Assembly: GCA_964035545.1 (NCBI GenBank)
Contig: OZ037767.1
Coordinates: 10,054,581-10,118,580 of the forward strand
DNA length: 64,000 nucleotides
Direction of reading: 5' to 3'
Source: Bugula neritina
Taxonomy: Eukaryota; Animalia; Bryozoa
Below are positions 26,311 to 39,306 of the stretch, piece after piece. How positions within the stretch are numbered: position 1 is the first letter of the stretch; each line of letters starts with the position of its first letter. The notes under the pieces were generated by a model. The model was not told the origin of the DNA and did not search any database. It saw nothing but the letters and a program-made list of their open reading frames with translations. The position numbers were made by a program, and so were the translations under genes.

Positions 26311-27238
26311 ATTCATATTCATATTGATATTCATGGCAATGGCTATCATAATTATACTTATTGTGATAATCATAATGATCATGACCGCCACTTTGATTAT
26401 GATAACCATTATGACTATGAATAAGTGGCTCGCTAAGAGTAAGTATTACGGTTAGTGTTACCTACTTACAGTTTGGAGTTGAGACTTTAGAGAACTAGAA
26501 TAAAAATCTTGTTCCACATGCAGAAACGTGAAAACTTCACTCGCTAACTAAACAATCGTGAATATTTCCGCTCACCCAAATCAAATTATGACAGAACCCA
26601 TCAACTGGACAAGATATTATTGTAGTATATTTTAGGAGTTATCATCACGTTATAATTCTGCAGGTTTTGCAGGTTGCATTAACTGTTTTATGCCAATCCC
26701 CAAGTTCTCTTTGTCTGTTGAGTCTGATTTTGGAACTCTTTAGAATTAGGAGCACCCGAATTCTAAGGTATAGAATTCTAGGGGCGAGCTCACCAGTGTA
26801 AAGGCAATCTACCACTAGAGCTCGAGGAGTGCACATCATAGATAAAGACTATTAGGCTACACCTTTTTGCTGATATAATAAAGTATTCTCTACTACTGAA
26901 AATCCTCTTCTTTCTCTTCCCTTGCCACAAGGAGTTATGTTCTCCAGTTAGCTTTGCCAACCCACAAAATTATCACAATATTATTTCTAGTTCGGTGGAC
27001 AGAACAATCAACAGCACACTTGATTTTTAGTACCATAGAAAAGCAGGTTTTATCAGTTTTAAGCCAACTGTTTCTATCAAAAAGATGTACATTATAATTA
27101 TTTTTGATGCACAAGCTAGCTGCAGACAAAAACTTCTTTGCAAACTTGTTCTCAATAATTTGTTTAATTAGGGCACAATAAGAGACATGAGCAAAACTCA
27201 TCAATACCAACAAAATCGGTTTTTTTGGAGCTACTAGG

Positions 27239-27584
27239 TGTAGTGTTGTGTTTACTCAATGGCCCCTGTGGTGTAATGGTAGCACACTTGCTTGCAAGCC
27301 AGAGGACTCGGGTTCGATTCCCAGTGGGGGCAAAATTATTTTTCAGGCTATTTCGGCCTTTAGTAAAGTGTAGTAGTAGTAGTACTCCGAGAGAGTTGAG
27401 TGGCCAGGAGAGCCTGATGACTAAAGGAGTAGTAGTTAGGTCAGTGGAGTTCAGGGAGCTGGGTGGGATGTAGTGTTGTGTTTACCCAGTGGCTCCTGTG
27501 GTGTAATGGTAGCACACTTGCTTGCAAGCCAGAGGACTCGGGTTTGATTCCCAGTGGGGGCAACTGGGTAAACACAACACTACA
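27239..27584 (+). mobile_element. Small TG..CA element with terminal inverted repeats and two tRNA-like units (27262-27332, 27492-27562)
   Basis: Direct repeat at offset 230. Pol III A-box TGGTGTAATGG and B-box GGTTCGATTCC. Perfect 21-bp inverted repeat 27469-27489 / 27564-27584. Flanks are CTAGG / TTAGG. Confidence 0.75.
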
Positions 27585-29668
27585 TTAGGTTTTTCTTACT
27601 AAAGATGGCTGCACGTATAAAATTAGTCGATTATAAGATATTGACATAGCATAATATAATTGACTCAGTTTTTATCAGCCTCCTTATATAAGAGGTATTG
27701 CCTTTTGTTTTACTGGCTAAATTTGAACTTTTTTTTATACCAAAGCGCAATAACTTGTAAATATTTTAACACACAAATTTATACAGAGTTACATCAAAGA
27801 AACATACATTGTATTTCAAGTAAATAAATAAAGCAGATATTTGATGCATACATAATTAATCAACATAAGAGTTCAACAGCCTCAAAAGATTTTGATCAAC
27901 TCCATTATGAAACTACATCAGCACTCAAATAACTCATTTTATAATGTCTTTGTACCGTCTTACTTTATGATGATTTAGTGCTGCTGACAGATATATTATA
28001 CTGCTGAAAAGTTGTTTAAACAATTCATGCTTGCATCTCATACTAATTATAGGAGAGTTATAAAAGAATTTGTCAAAGTAAATAAATGATATAGGTTGTT
28101 TAGATTCTATTTTATTCTTTTTTTGTTGCATAACAACAGGTCTACCATACAATCTATTTAATAAAAATAGTTTTCTTTTAATGTTCACATTTCAATGTAT
28201 ATATGCATAAGGAGGCTTTGTTAGCTATCTAAATTTAGTATAGGCCTATTTTATATACTTAACACAGAAAACACAAGGATACGGCTTGTAGGATTATAAT
28301 ATAATATAGTCTTACCAACTTTTATACAATTTCTATTAGTAAGTAATATTGGAATGATAAAAGCATTACAAAACTTAGAAAGTTGCTTTTGCCTATTTTC
28401 ATAGACATTTATGTTGAAATGTAATATTCGATCATAATTGCAATGAGACATGTATATTTATAACATTCAAAATTTATTGTCACAAAAACAAAATTAGAGA
28501 AATAATTTATATGTTTTATACTAACTAAAATTATATTGTATGTGCACATAATGCAATAAGGAGAGGTGAAACTTTCAGCTATATAGGTGTATTAAAATAG
28601 TTCATTTTAATACATTACTTCATAAAATTGAGTAGATATAACCTAAAACATGGTAAAATATAAAAATACTCAGCATATAATAATTGTTTAATATTGGTGA
28701 GGGCATATACAACTCAAAACTATTTAAAACTGCTAATTTTAAATTTTTACTAAATATGCTGTATATATTGAAATTGCCACTACCATTGACAATGATTTAT
28801 GTAAAGTTTTTTTGACCAGCTGGTCATCTTCTCAAATAAATAATAAGACTGAACAAAGAGGTTAACTGGAATAGTCATGGTAACATTCAGCTTGTTGACT
28901 TTAATCTATTTGCCTATAATTGGTTTGATCTATGACTGCACTAACACTCAAGATAAATTTCATATCTTATACAGCACAACTAATGATCACATATTGGCTA
29001 CTTATATACATATTATCAGCTCTTTCAACTTTTTTTATAACTTTTTATATGCCAATTTATTTGTAAAAAAAATTAATTTTCTAAACAGATAAGTTGGATT
29101 ATCAAAATACTATAACTTAAAGACCTGCAAATTGATATAATAGTTTTTCCAAAAGATGCCTAAATGATTGAACTAGCAACCTTTTGCTGTAAGATGAAAT
29201 AAATATATACATTGGATACATAGTACACTTGCACTAGTGTTTTCAAAAGTTGACTGACCTCATATGCACATAAATTATTTGTGTATCCTGTCTTTAAAAA
29301 TTATACAATCACTTGCCAAGATGAACCGATCCACTAATAGAGTACAATTTCATTATTTTAATTTATTTATATATGCATGTTGCCATGACAGCAAAAAATA
29401 TACAATTTGAATTAAATTTTTTTCTAGTACTAAATATCCATGAGTTGAGCAACAAAGGGGGTTATTTAATCTAAAGCCAACAAAAGTGCCTCCTTTTTAG
29501 GAAAATTTATTATTGGAGTTTCCAACAACTAGGCATAATATTAAGCAACGATGTTATAAGTATATACATAGAGAGTCTATACTTTCCGCACATTACAATT
29601 TTACATACCACATTGGCATAATCTTTCATTTCAGCACACCATAATTAATATCTTTTAAGTTTACAAAA

Positions 29669-30381
29669 ATGAAAGTTTGGATCTTAATGGTAATATTTCT
29701 GCTTGCAGCTACTTGTTTTATAACAGGAAACCCTGGTAAGCATTTTCTTATAATATCTGCATAATCAAACTAATGTTTTTAAAACTATAATTTTGAAATA
29801 GAATATGGTATAAGGGTTCTTTGAATCTATAAGTACTACACTTTTAATTCAGTTGAAAAAATGTAACCACTTTTTTAAGAGTTGTTGGTAGAGTCCAGTT
29901 TCACTATCATTTTTATTACTGCACATGCTACGTTTTTGACTTCTTTTTTCTACATGTATAATAACGTTATATCAGCAGCATGCATTCTAAAGTATTGCTT
30001 GAATGGTGAGATAAAGTTTTGTCAAAAAGATGGTTTATGGCTTTATGTGCTGAAAACATTTTAATAATCAATTTTTCTATTTAGATTGCCATTTTGAAAT
30101 ACAAAAACTGTAGAGCAAATAATTAGCTAACCATGTAGGTTCCAAGTCCCGCTACCCAAACAGGAAAAAGCGGAGATAGGTGAGAAAAAAGAATGTAGAT
30201 TCTAAGTGTATTTTTAGGTAAAAGTAGTTACCTTCATCGAAACAAACGCCGAGGTGAAGCAGGTAGTCCTGGAAGAGAAGATTGTTATAGAGATCCTGCT
30301 GTTTCTGGGTGCAACAGTAACAGACGTTGCAGAGGATCTGAGAAATGTTGTTTTGATGGTCAAGTCAACTCATGCAGCTAA
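29669..30381 (+). CDS. Small secreted Cys-rich, WAP-like peptide precursor (exons 29669-29735, optional 29976-30005, 30218-30381)
   Basis: Signal-peptide exon MKVWILMVIFLLAATCFITGNP with GTAAG donor. A phase-1 exon follows: GKSSYLHRNKRRGEAGSPGREDCYRDPAVSGCNSNRRCRGSEKCCFDGQVNSCS*. AATAAA lies downstream. Confidence 0.7.
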
Positions 30382-30939
30382 TTTTGAGAACAAAAATTAA
30401 AATATTTGCAGATTATATCTAACTACATTTTTGATATTTTTTGCTTTCAAAATCAATTTTGATGCAATTTACTTATTTATCAAAACATTGATGGTCAAGT
30501 CAATTCATGCAGCTAACTTTGAGAACCAAAATCAAAATGTTAATAAAACATTATTTGTAGATTAGTATACCTATACCTATAATTGAATTTTTGATATTTC
30601 TTGTTTTCTAAACCAATTTTAATGCAATTTACTTATTTATATTTTAAATCACAGTGTCACAAATAAATTAATCGCATAAAGGAAAGGTCGTTGCTATAAT
30701 TTCTCTTGTGTTTGTGCAAACTAAATGTTTATCTTATATAATACAATTATGAATTTCAGGACGCATAAAATTCCAACTGTGACTACCTTTAAATTCTATT
30801 TTTATACATTATGTAAATTGAGAAAACTAAAATATTGCTTTTTGATGACTCATTTATGACCTTTAACCTACATATGACTTTTAGACAACTAAATTATAAT
30901 TTATAAACATGCTGTGTATGTATCTTGCTATACACACAT

Positions 30940-31163
<224 letters not shown>

Positions 31164-31164
31164 A

Positions 31165-31824
31165 AAACTGCAACTGCAGAGAAAAAGAAAGTTGTCCGCT
31201 GAAAGGAAACTGTCAAGAGAGCAGAATAATATACCAAACAACTGTAGAAACTACCGAAAACGAGCCTGCAACATACATTGGCCTGAGTGAAGGACCGTTC
31301 AAACTAAGATACACAAACCACAATAATCATCATTTAAAAACAAGGAGAGAGCAAATCAAACAGAACTTAGCAAGTACGTTTGGCAACTAACTAACAAAAA
31401 CATTAAACACAATATAAGTTGGAAAATATTAAGGAAAGCAAAACCATACAACATAATTACCAAAAGGTGTAATTTATGCCTATGGGAATGTTTCTTTATT
31501 TTATACAAACGTAACATATGTGTACTTTAAACAAGCGAAACGAACTCTTATCAACCTGCTGACACTCAAAAAAATTCTTACTGTGCAACCACAAAACCTA
31601 GAAACTCTGTAGCCTATTTATATTTTATGTGCTATAGTAAATAATATCCAAATACCCATAGAGTATAGTCACCCAACAACGACTTCATGCATCTGCTATA
31701 AATTGTGTTTTTACATTATGTTTTTTTTATATATTTAATTACACTTACAAACCTATATAACAACAAAGCTACTGCTATGTTTGCGTTACGTTTTACGTTG
31801 TGTTTAGCATGTTGATTTTCTTAA
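31165..31824 (+). mobile_element. Penelope-like element 3' part (GIY-YIG endonuclease and 3' UTR); the UTR continues at 35455-35650
   Basis: [20 protein letters not shown]....TYIGLSEGPFKLRY.NH...TELSKYVWQL...W.IL..A.PY....KRCNLCLWE, with frameshifts. Confidence 0.85.
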
Positions 31825-34800
31825 TAGTCTGGCAGAACTGGGGGTTAGGTTCGCAATCTCGGATAAAGTTTTTTTCTCTTTTGATTATTTATTTTGAGGG
31901 TTCAGGTAAATGTTTCCAGGTGGGTGTGGACCTGCCACCCTTGAGCATTTTGAGAAATCCAAGATGGCCGCCAATTATGAAAAAATTGTAATCTAGTAGG
32001 CATAAAGTCTATATTATGTTGCAAAAACAAAAATTTTTTGATGATTTAAATAGATGTGCATTTTTGGAATTAATATTTGCCATGCCAGTGCAAATAAAAC
32101 TAAAGTAAAGAGCCAAGAGACATGTTGCTCAGTTCAAAAATCGAAATTGCCTCAATAAAACATCACATATGGTGCAGAGAAATGATACAAGGTTTTTGAA
32201 TAATTGTTTGGACAGATATATAAAGAAAAACATTGCTTATTGCCAGTGAATAAAAAGTGAAAAAGATAGAGGCATATTGCTCAGCTAAAATTAAAATGGA
32301 ACATATATATAATCAAACAGATGTGACAAACTTTCGCTCATGTTCATATTAAACACCTTTCTCATTTTTTTTATCATTAGCATTTGTTAGACATGTTAGT
32401 TCATTGCAGCACACCCCTGTTACTGCTTCACAAGGACATAACTCTGTGCATGGGATAGATGTACTAGAACAACCATATCTCGTTGTTTTGCATGATTGTT
32501 GGCTTCCACAAGAGCATTTAATGAATTTAGGCCATTTTACTTTATTTAGCACACATCAATCGATTATGATCAAAAGTTTTTAAGTTTACTCAAAATTCAT
32601 GAAAAATTACTATTATAGAGTAATATAATTTGCTGATTCTAACTATGCATAGCAAAAACACTGGGAAGAGGTCCTGCAACATATAAGCGCAGCGTCATGT
32701 CATAGGAGCTAAATATATATATATTTGTGAACCATATCATGGTTCATATAATATATCTCAATGTACTAATAAATTAGGAAAAAGCAAAGAAAATCATGCA
32801 TAATTAAAAAATCCTTAAATATTCAGTTTTATTTGCTAAAATTTCAATAGTTTGAGGCTAAAATCTATAAAAAAGAGTAGCTAAATTGTAAAAATCGCCA
32901 ATGTTCTAGTGGGTTTAATGCTGCAGTTTCATATGGCTACCTGGAGGTGTGTTCTGGTAACATTGTCCAATAGCTTCATCTGTAGCAGGCAAAGTACATA
33001 AGCTAAAGGCACATCGCAAATAGCATTGCTGACCTTAGTTTTCTAAGCCTTTTGTTTTGTAGATGTCATGGAGGAACACTTTGCATAAGCGTAGCAACAT
33101 AGCATAAACCTGGTAGCCTGTATAAATAGTAATCCTGAAAAAAGTCCTATAGTGTCACCAAATCACACTTTCTTTCTACCAAGACATTTAGTATGACTCC
33201 CTTTCTAATATTTTACATTGTTGCCACTACATCACACCCTGAGAGGCCATGGGACGGCAGCAAGTTGTCTATTATAGGAATTTGTCTAGAACTTTCTCAC
33301 CTAGTCCGCTGTGGTCTAAGATGGGTGGCGGTTTTGCAGCGCACCAAGTGCTATCAGAGAGTGTCATCTGATTCTGTCGTCGACATCTTCATCTGAGAGG
33401 CCACATTTCAGTATGACATCCTTCACTGTATTCATTAACCTTTTCTTTGACCTTCCTCTCTTTCTCTGTATCTTTATCTCAGCCACCATTATAATATCTT
33501 CATCCCTATCTCTTCGGCGCACATGTCCATACATTGAAGAGGTCTTCTCCTCATGCCTATTGCGATGGCTTTTATTTTGGCCTCCTCCTTATATTATCAT
33601 TTGTTATATGGTCTTCCCACTCTATATTGTAAATGTGACAAAGCATCCTCATCTCAGTTGCATTTATCTTGTTCTCTTGTCTTTTAGTCAGTGGCCATGT
33701 CTGATATCCATACATCAGTATAGTTTTTATTGTCATCTTGTATATAACAGAACCTCCTGCTTGGTGGACATTTTCTTAACTTCTTGTGCATCATTTTTTG
33801 AGTGGGTCATTGCAGAGTTCAATCTTCCTTTTAACAGACTCCCTGTCCTTTGAATCAGATTGGACTCTTGATTGCATCTCATCCTTATGAGTAGTGAAAG
33901 CATATTTTATTTCAGACTCATCTCTGATGTCATTGAAGCCTTACTGTATTTTGTTGCATGCAGAAGTGCTGTACACCCACACCTTGACAATTTCAGTTTT
34001 AATGGTGATGCCAATGATTCTCCCTTGCTGTGACCAAATCTCATGAAAATCACCTCCATGGTAATGTCTGACCAGATGCCGTCGAGCTGGCCGTGTTTAT
34101 GAAGCATTGTGTGGTTACCAGCCACGAATTCAATCCTTACATCTTGTGGTATGACCTTCATGCTGCACAGATATAAGTACATTTCCCTTTCTATTGCTAG
34201 TTATAAAGCCCAGTCTCTTTCTCTATCAGCCATGATGTGGGTGTTGATGGAAAAATTGGCCTAATAAAGCACATGACCCACGGTTTTTGCTGTTCTTCAG
34301 CTCTCTGAAATCTTAGTCAACATCTTGTCAAGGTCCTCCATGCTAGTGATTACATTTTTATCAAAGACTGGCTTCAACAGCTCTCTCACCAATATTCTCA
34401 GACCTCGAACATTCTGGGAAAATTTTTTCTATTTAGCATTTTGAGGAAACCACCAAAAGTAGAATTAACTACTTTTACCAAATCAGTTTCAATCATTAAT
34501 GTTCCAGTGCACCCAACATAGGTCATTAAAAGGAAGAAATTAATAGTAAACGTTTATGAAAGGGGATTGGTATGAAAAAGGTAGGGAACCACTGTTCCAA
34601 TGAATGTACTACTTAACCCCCAGCATGAAATAGATTCTCATTCATAAAAAAAACTGTTTACAAATGTTTTCAAAGAAAAAGTCAAATGTGCTGATTGTAA
34701 AAGTAGTTTTCGAAAGCAAAAAGTCAATATTTAGATAAATGATGTGTCCATAATAAAGCAATTAAACTATTTTAAGAAGCCATGGTGTTGTGTTATCAAA

Positions 34801-35454
34801 GTTGTTCACCATTTTTTTCTAACTTTACAAAACATAGCTAAAAGTTTAAAACAAAAAATAACTATTAAATTGGCAGCTCATCAAACTTTTTTGATAAGGC
34901 ATGCTAATTTGAAAAAAATTGCTATTTAGCTCATATGACAATGACGTTGCATTTCAATTTTGCAGAACCCCTTTCAGCTTTATTTGTTGGACATATTTGT
35001 AATCAGCATATAGTATCATTCCATATAGTAAATTTTCATGAATTTAGAAGAAACTAATAGGCAGAGATGCAAGTAAATTATAAACACGGCAAGGCTAAGT
35101 TAAACTTTAAAAAAGTGAATGATTAAGGCTTAGCTTAGTTACCCTTGGGTATCATTTGCCTTTTACTCAATAATACAGATGATAAAGGTACATGCATCTT
35201 TATTATATCAATTTCTAAAGATTTCAAAGCATTGAAGCCTTAAATTTAGCCTCAGTGGGTAGATACATTTGAATTATAAAGAATCGTCTGGTGCCTGGCG
35301 GCCATCTTGAATTTCTCGAAATGCTCAAGGGTAAGAAGTCCACACCCACCTGGAAACACTTACCTAGACCCTGTATTTGAATAATCAGAAGAGAAAAAAA
35401 CTTTATCCGGGGTTGCGAGCCTAAGTCAAAAATTGGTGTTTTTCTGCCAGACTA
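31825..35454 (-). mobile_element. Decayed Academ (AcademX-like) DNA transposon, 3630 bp
   Basis: ~150-bp TIRs starting TAGTCTGGCAGAA, with TAA target duplication. Minus-strand remnants: GIWSDITMEVIFMRFGHSKG, HGLSGCDVVA (XPG-like), LPATDEA, and a C-terminal Cys cluster IKCSCGSQQSCKT..GC....PCTELCPC. Confidence 0.75.
33300..33835 (-). mobile_element. RTE-clade LINE 3' fragment nested in the Academ element
   Basis: Minus-strand YGHVRRR...RKRGRSKKRLMNTVKD resembles the RTE ORF2 C-terminal motif. Confidence 0.65.
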
Positions 35455-35479
35455 TAATGTAAAAATTTAAATTCATCAA

Positions 35480-35530
35480 TATTGTGCCTGAGGAGTGCTG
35501 AAGAGGCATGAAACTACTAGTAGCGCAATA
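35480..35530 (+). ncRNA. Minimal type I hammerhead ribozyme in a Penelope 3' end
   Basis: Stem I TATTGTGC/GCGCAATA, core CTGAGGA, stem II GTGC/GCAT, GAAAC-tacta-GTA cleavage triplet. A degenerate copy lies at ~37247-37296. Confidence 0.8.
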
Positions 35531-37750
35531 AAATAACATCTAATTAAATTGCTCTTTTCTTCAATAATATAATTGCTCATTATTATACACATAATAATTT
35601 GAGCGCTTTTTCACCTGCTGTTTTTTAAAAAACTCAGGCTACAACTATTATATATACACACACGCACACGCACACACATCATGTATACAAAACTACTCAA
35701 AATACATAAAATAACCAACTAAATAATATTAATTGCGACTGTTGAGGTAAGTTTTGGAGTGTATATTCTATGGAGAATACATCGTCACATCAGTTTAGCA
35801 ATTCAATTTATTAATGCGCTTACAGTGACTTAGAATGCATTGAATAAAGTTCAACTTTATACAATACCAGTAATTAAAAGTGTTGCATAATATCTGTGTT
35901 TAAATTCATTGTTTTGTATAGACACATCTGATGTATAATAATAATTCAAAGATTACAGAGTTATCTCTCCTATCAAAATCCTTGTGGTATTATATAAAGT
36001 TGGACAGCTTTTATGATCAATTTTGTGCAATCACTGTTGGTTATTGAAATAAAACTTTGGTTGTTGAAATATTTGCCAACAATACAAATTAAAGCAAGAA
36101 GTTATTGCTGAATAGGCTGAAAATGTCATTTTATGATATATTTATTAAATATCATATAATAGGTATCATATAGTTTATTGTGTAATATCAAGTTTCATGA
36201 ACAAAACATGTGGGATAAGATACATAATTTGATCAGCTTGAAATAAAATGCAAATAAATAATCAAATATTTATATTTAGTAATTGTTCATATGTAGGATT
36301 GAATAGTATCAATTATTAAACATGTATATATATTTGTTCAAGAATAGAGTGCAGTTTAAAGAAAAAAAGAGTAGGGGAGGATAACTCTACACAGCTATGT
36401 GTACTGACTGGTATGTGTTAATGTGCTTTAGCTAATCAAATAAGTATAAATTAAGAAATGCTGCTGCACTATTTAAATCATTCACTAAAGTACAGTATCA
36501 ATATATTGAGTTGAATGGCTCATCCAAATATTAAAAAACAATTAGTGGACCTAAAACTCCATATTCTATTTAATTATAAAAATTATTCTTAGGTTTTACA
36601 TGTTTGCTTCAATAGATGAAATAAAAATGAGTGTTTAAGACAGACTGGTGACAGAAATAAACAAATTATTATTGAAATAGAGAAAATACCTGTCAAATAA
36701 AATTGCAAAAGAAAACAGGTATTGCTGCACATGTAGATGACAATTAGCCCGGTATTCTGCTTGATATGTATTATAGTTGATCAAATGAATTTAAAATATA
36801 GAAACTGTTACACTCTTTAATTTATTAAAAATCAATGAAACCATATATTCGAGTCTAAGAGTTTATCACAAGTGTTACATACAATGTAATTAACTCAACA
36901 TTACAACTTACATGCAGTTTAAATTAAATTCTACTATAAGCTGCTTTATATTTGATAAATATTTTAGTGGTTCTATACCTTGCACTAACAACTTGCATTG
37001 CATAAACCATGAACTATAGTTTATATTTTATATACTACCCTAAATAATATTCAAACAACTATAATAACCCCTCATTAACAATTATATTTGCTATAAATTG
37101 TGTGTTTACAATTATATGTTTCCTTATATATTGAAAATATTTAAAAGCCTGTAATAATACCTCAGTCACCACTATATTATATTTGCATTATGTTTTATTT
37201 TGTGTTTCGCATCTTAATTTTTGATGTAAACATTTAAATTCAAAAATGTGCCTAAGATTAAGTGCTAAAGAAGCATGAAACTAAGAGTAGCACAATAAAA
37301 TAGCATCGAATTAAATTGCTTTTTTTCTTGAAAATATAATTGCTCATTATTGTACATATAATAATGTGAGCACTCTTTTATCTGCTGTTTAACAAACTCA
37401 CACTACATGAGCTAATAATATAGACATGACGACTGTAACGACCTGATAAGCGTAGTTTATATTGCACGAAACAAATGTTTAGTCATCTAAATGAGTAAAT
37501 AAACTTCCTATAGTATGAATACCAGATATAGATACTGTATTTTTCAAAATACCGAGTTCTCTTAATTCATTGTTCAATCATAGAAACTGTTTTAAAACCG
37601 CTTCCAGGTTACGGCCAAGAATAGTTCTGCTGTTACACAACTCTTTTCTGCATGTATGTATATATATATATTGTGTTGTGTTTAGCATGATAGTTTTCTT
37701 TATGTAAAAATTTGAATAATCGGTATGCTTCATAGATTTTATTTATTTTT

Positions 37751-37807
37751 AGTCTAACACCTGACGAGTGCAGTTTACTGTACGAAACTATATAGTCGTG
37801 TGAGATT
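37751..37807 (+). ncRNA. Minimal type I hammerhead ribozyme
   Basis: Stem I AGTCTAACAC/GTGTGAGATT, core CTGACGA, stem II GTGCAG/CTGTAC, GAAAC-tatata-GTC with a palindromic stem III loop. Confidence 0.85.
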
Positions 37808-37858
37808 TTTTAAATAAAAAAATATATATATGTATCATTAACAATCTGAACACACTAC

Positions 37859-37943
<85 letters not shown>

Positions 37944-39306
37944 CATATAATTTGAAATACCAAGTATAGTCACAATTTTGTTTGTTATATGAAAAATGCT
38001 TGGTTGTTCAGTGATTTCCGATGTATTGCTGCTTTTCATAAGCAACACATTATGCTCATATTACTTGCTTTCTTTATGGCTTATGTCATTGTGATTAATG
38101 TTACACAGTGTCACCTGCATATGTCTGAAGTTTCATTAGAAGAAGAGGTTAAAATGGACAGAAATGTTCTTGAAGTGTAATGAAAACTAAATTTTACAGG
38201 GATGTAAGTTTTCAATCTTTGCAGGAGTATAATGTGCTGATAATGGCTATTCCAATGAACATAAAGTCATGCTTAGGTGAACTAGTAAGCAGTTTCTAGC
38301 CCACATTTTTATTTATATACTAAACATTAGCCACATACTTATGCAAATGTAACAATTAGTTATTATAATAGGCATAACTAGACTCTAAAATAATTATGCT
38401 GTTGTAGAAAACACCTTCATTTTCAAGCTATTATATCTTGCAATATTAACTTTCATTTAATGGCTTCAAAAATCAGCCCAAGCATTACATCAAAGTTGGA
38501 TACAAGTTATTCAATATAATAAAAAGTAACATATTATTTTAAAATGATAAGCAGACTGTATGCTTTTGTTTGTTAGAAAAACAAAGACAAAAAGTTTTTA
38601 ACAGGCACATTTTCTGTTTACTTCCGCACTGCTTGAACTATTGAAAAAATCAAAATAATAAATTCTCCTCAAAAGAAAAAAACAGAGAGAGAAATAATTC
38701 ATTACAGACCCCAAAAACTAGAGAGTAATGGGCGTTACTCTACCAAATCTCTTTTTGCACCAAAACGTAGAGGGCAACTGATTAGAAAAATCAGAAAAAA
38801 TGCAAATCTCCAAGTAAAACATCCATGATTCTACTTCACATTGGAACCAGTCTTCTATGTGATCTCCTCCAACGGTTACACATCATCAATCTTTGTCTGA
38901 ATGTGATAATGAATAAGTAAATAAACTGGTGATCCTGTTGCTTTCATTCCACTTTTTAATTTTTTCATCAGTTATGTTTTCATCAGCTCGAAGAAGAGCT
39001 TTATTTAGGTTATAGTAATATTACAGCTCCAACAGAAACTAAGCCAGGATATACTGTCAAGCTCCTTAACACTTGTTCAGAAAACAAATTGAGCAAATTA
39101 GTTGAGTGAAATAAACAAATAATGAATGTATCATTGGTACCACAGAAAAATGTATGCCGATTACAGGTTATCAACAATGGAATGATGCTGTTGTGTCAAC
39201 AGATAAGATAAAACTGAAAGTCTTGCCTTCACTTGTTAAGGAACAGATCACCAGCTAAGTCTTGCACATTTTTGTCAAGGAGATTTACTCACTTATATTC
39301 CCCCAG

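Noticed and set aside
27262-27562. Two functional tRNA genes
   Set aside because: The anticodon arm does not form a canonical 5-bp stem with a 7-nt loop, and the units sit in a TIR/TSD-bounded repeat.
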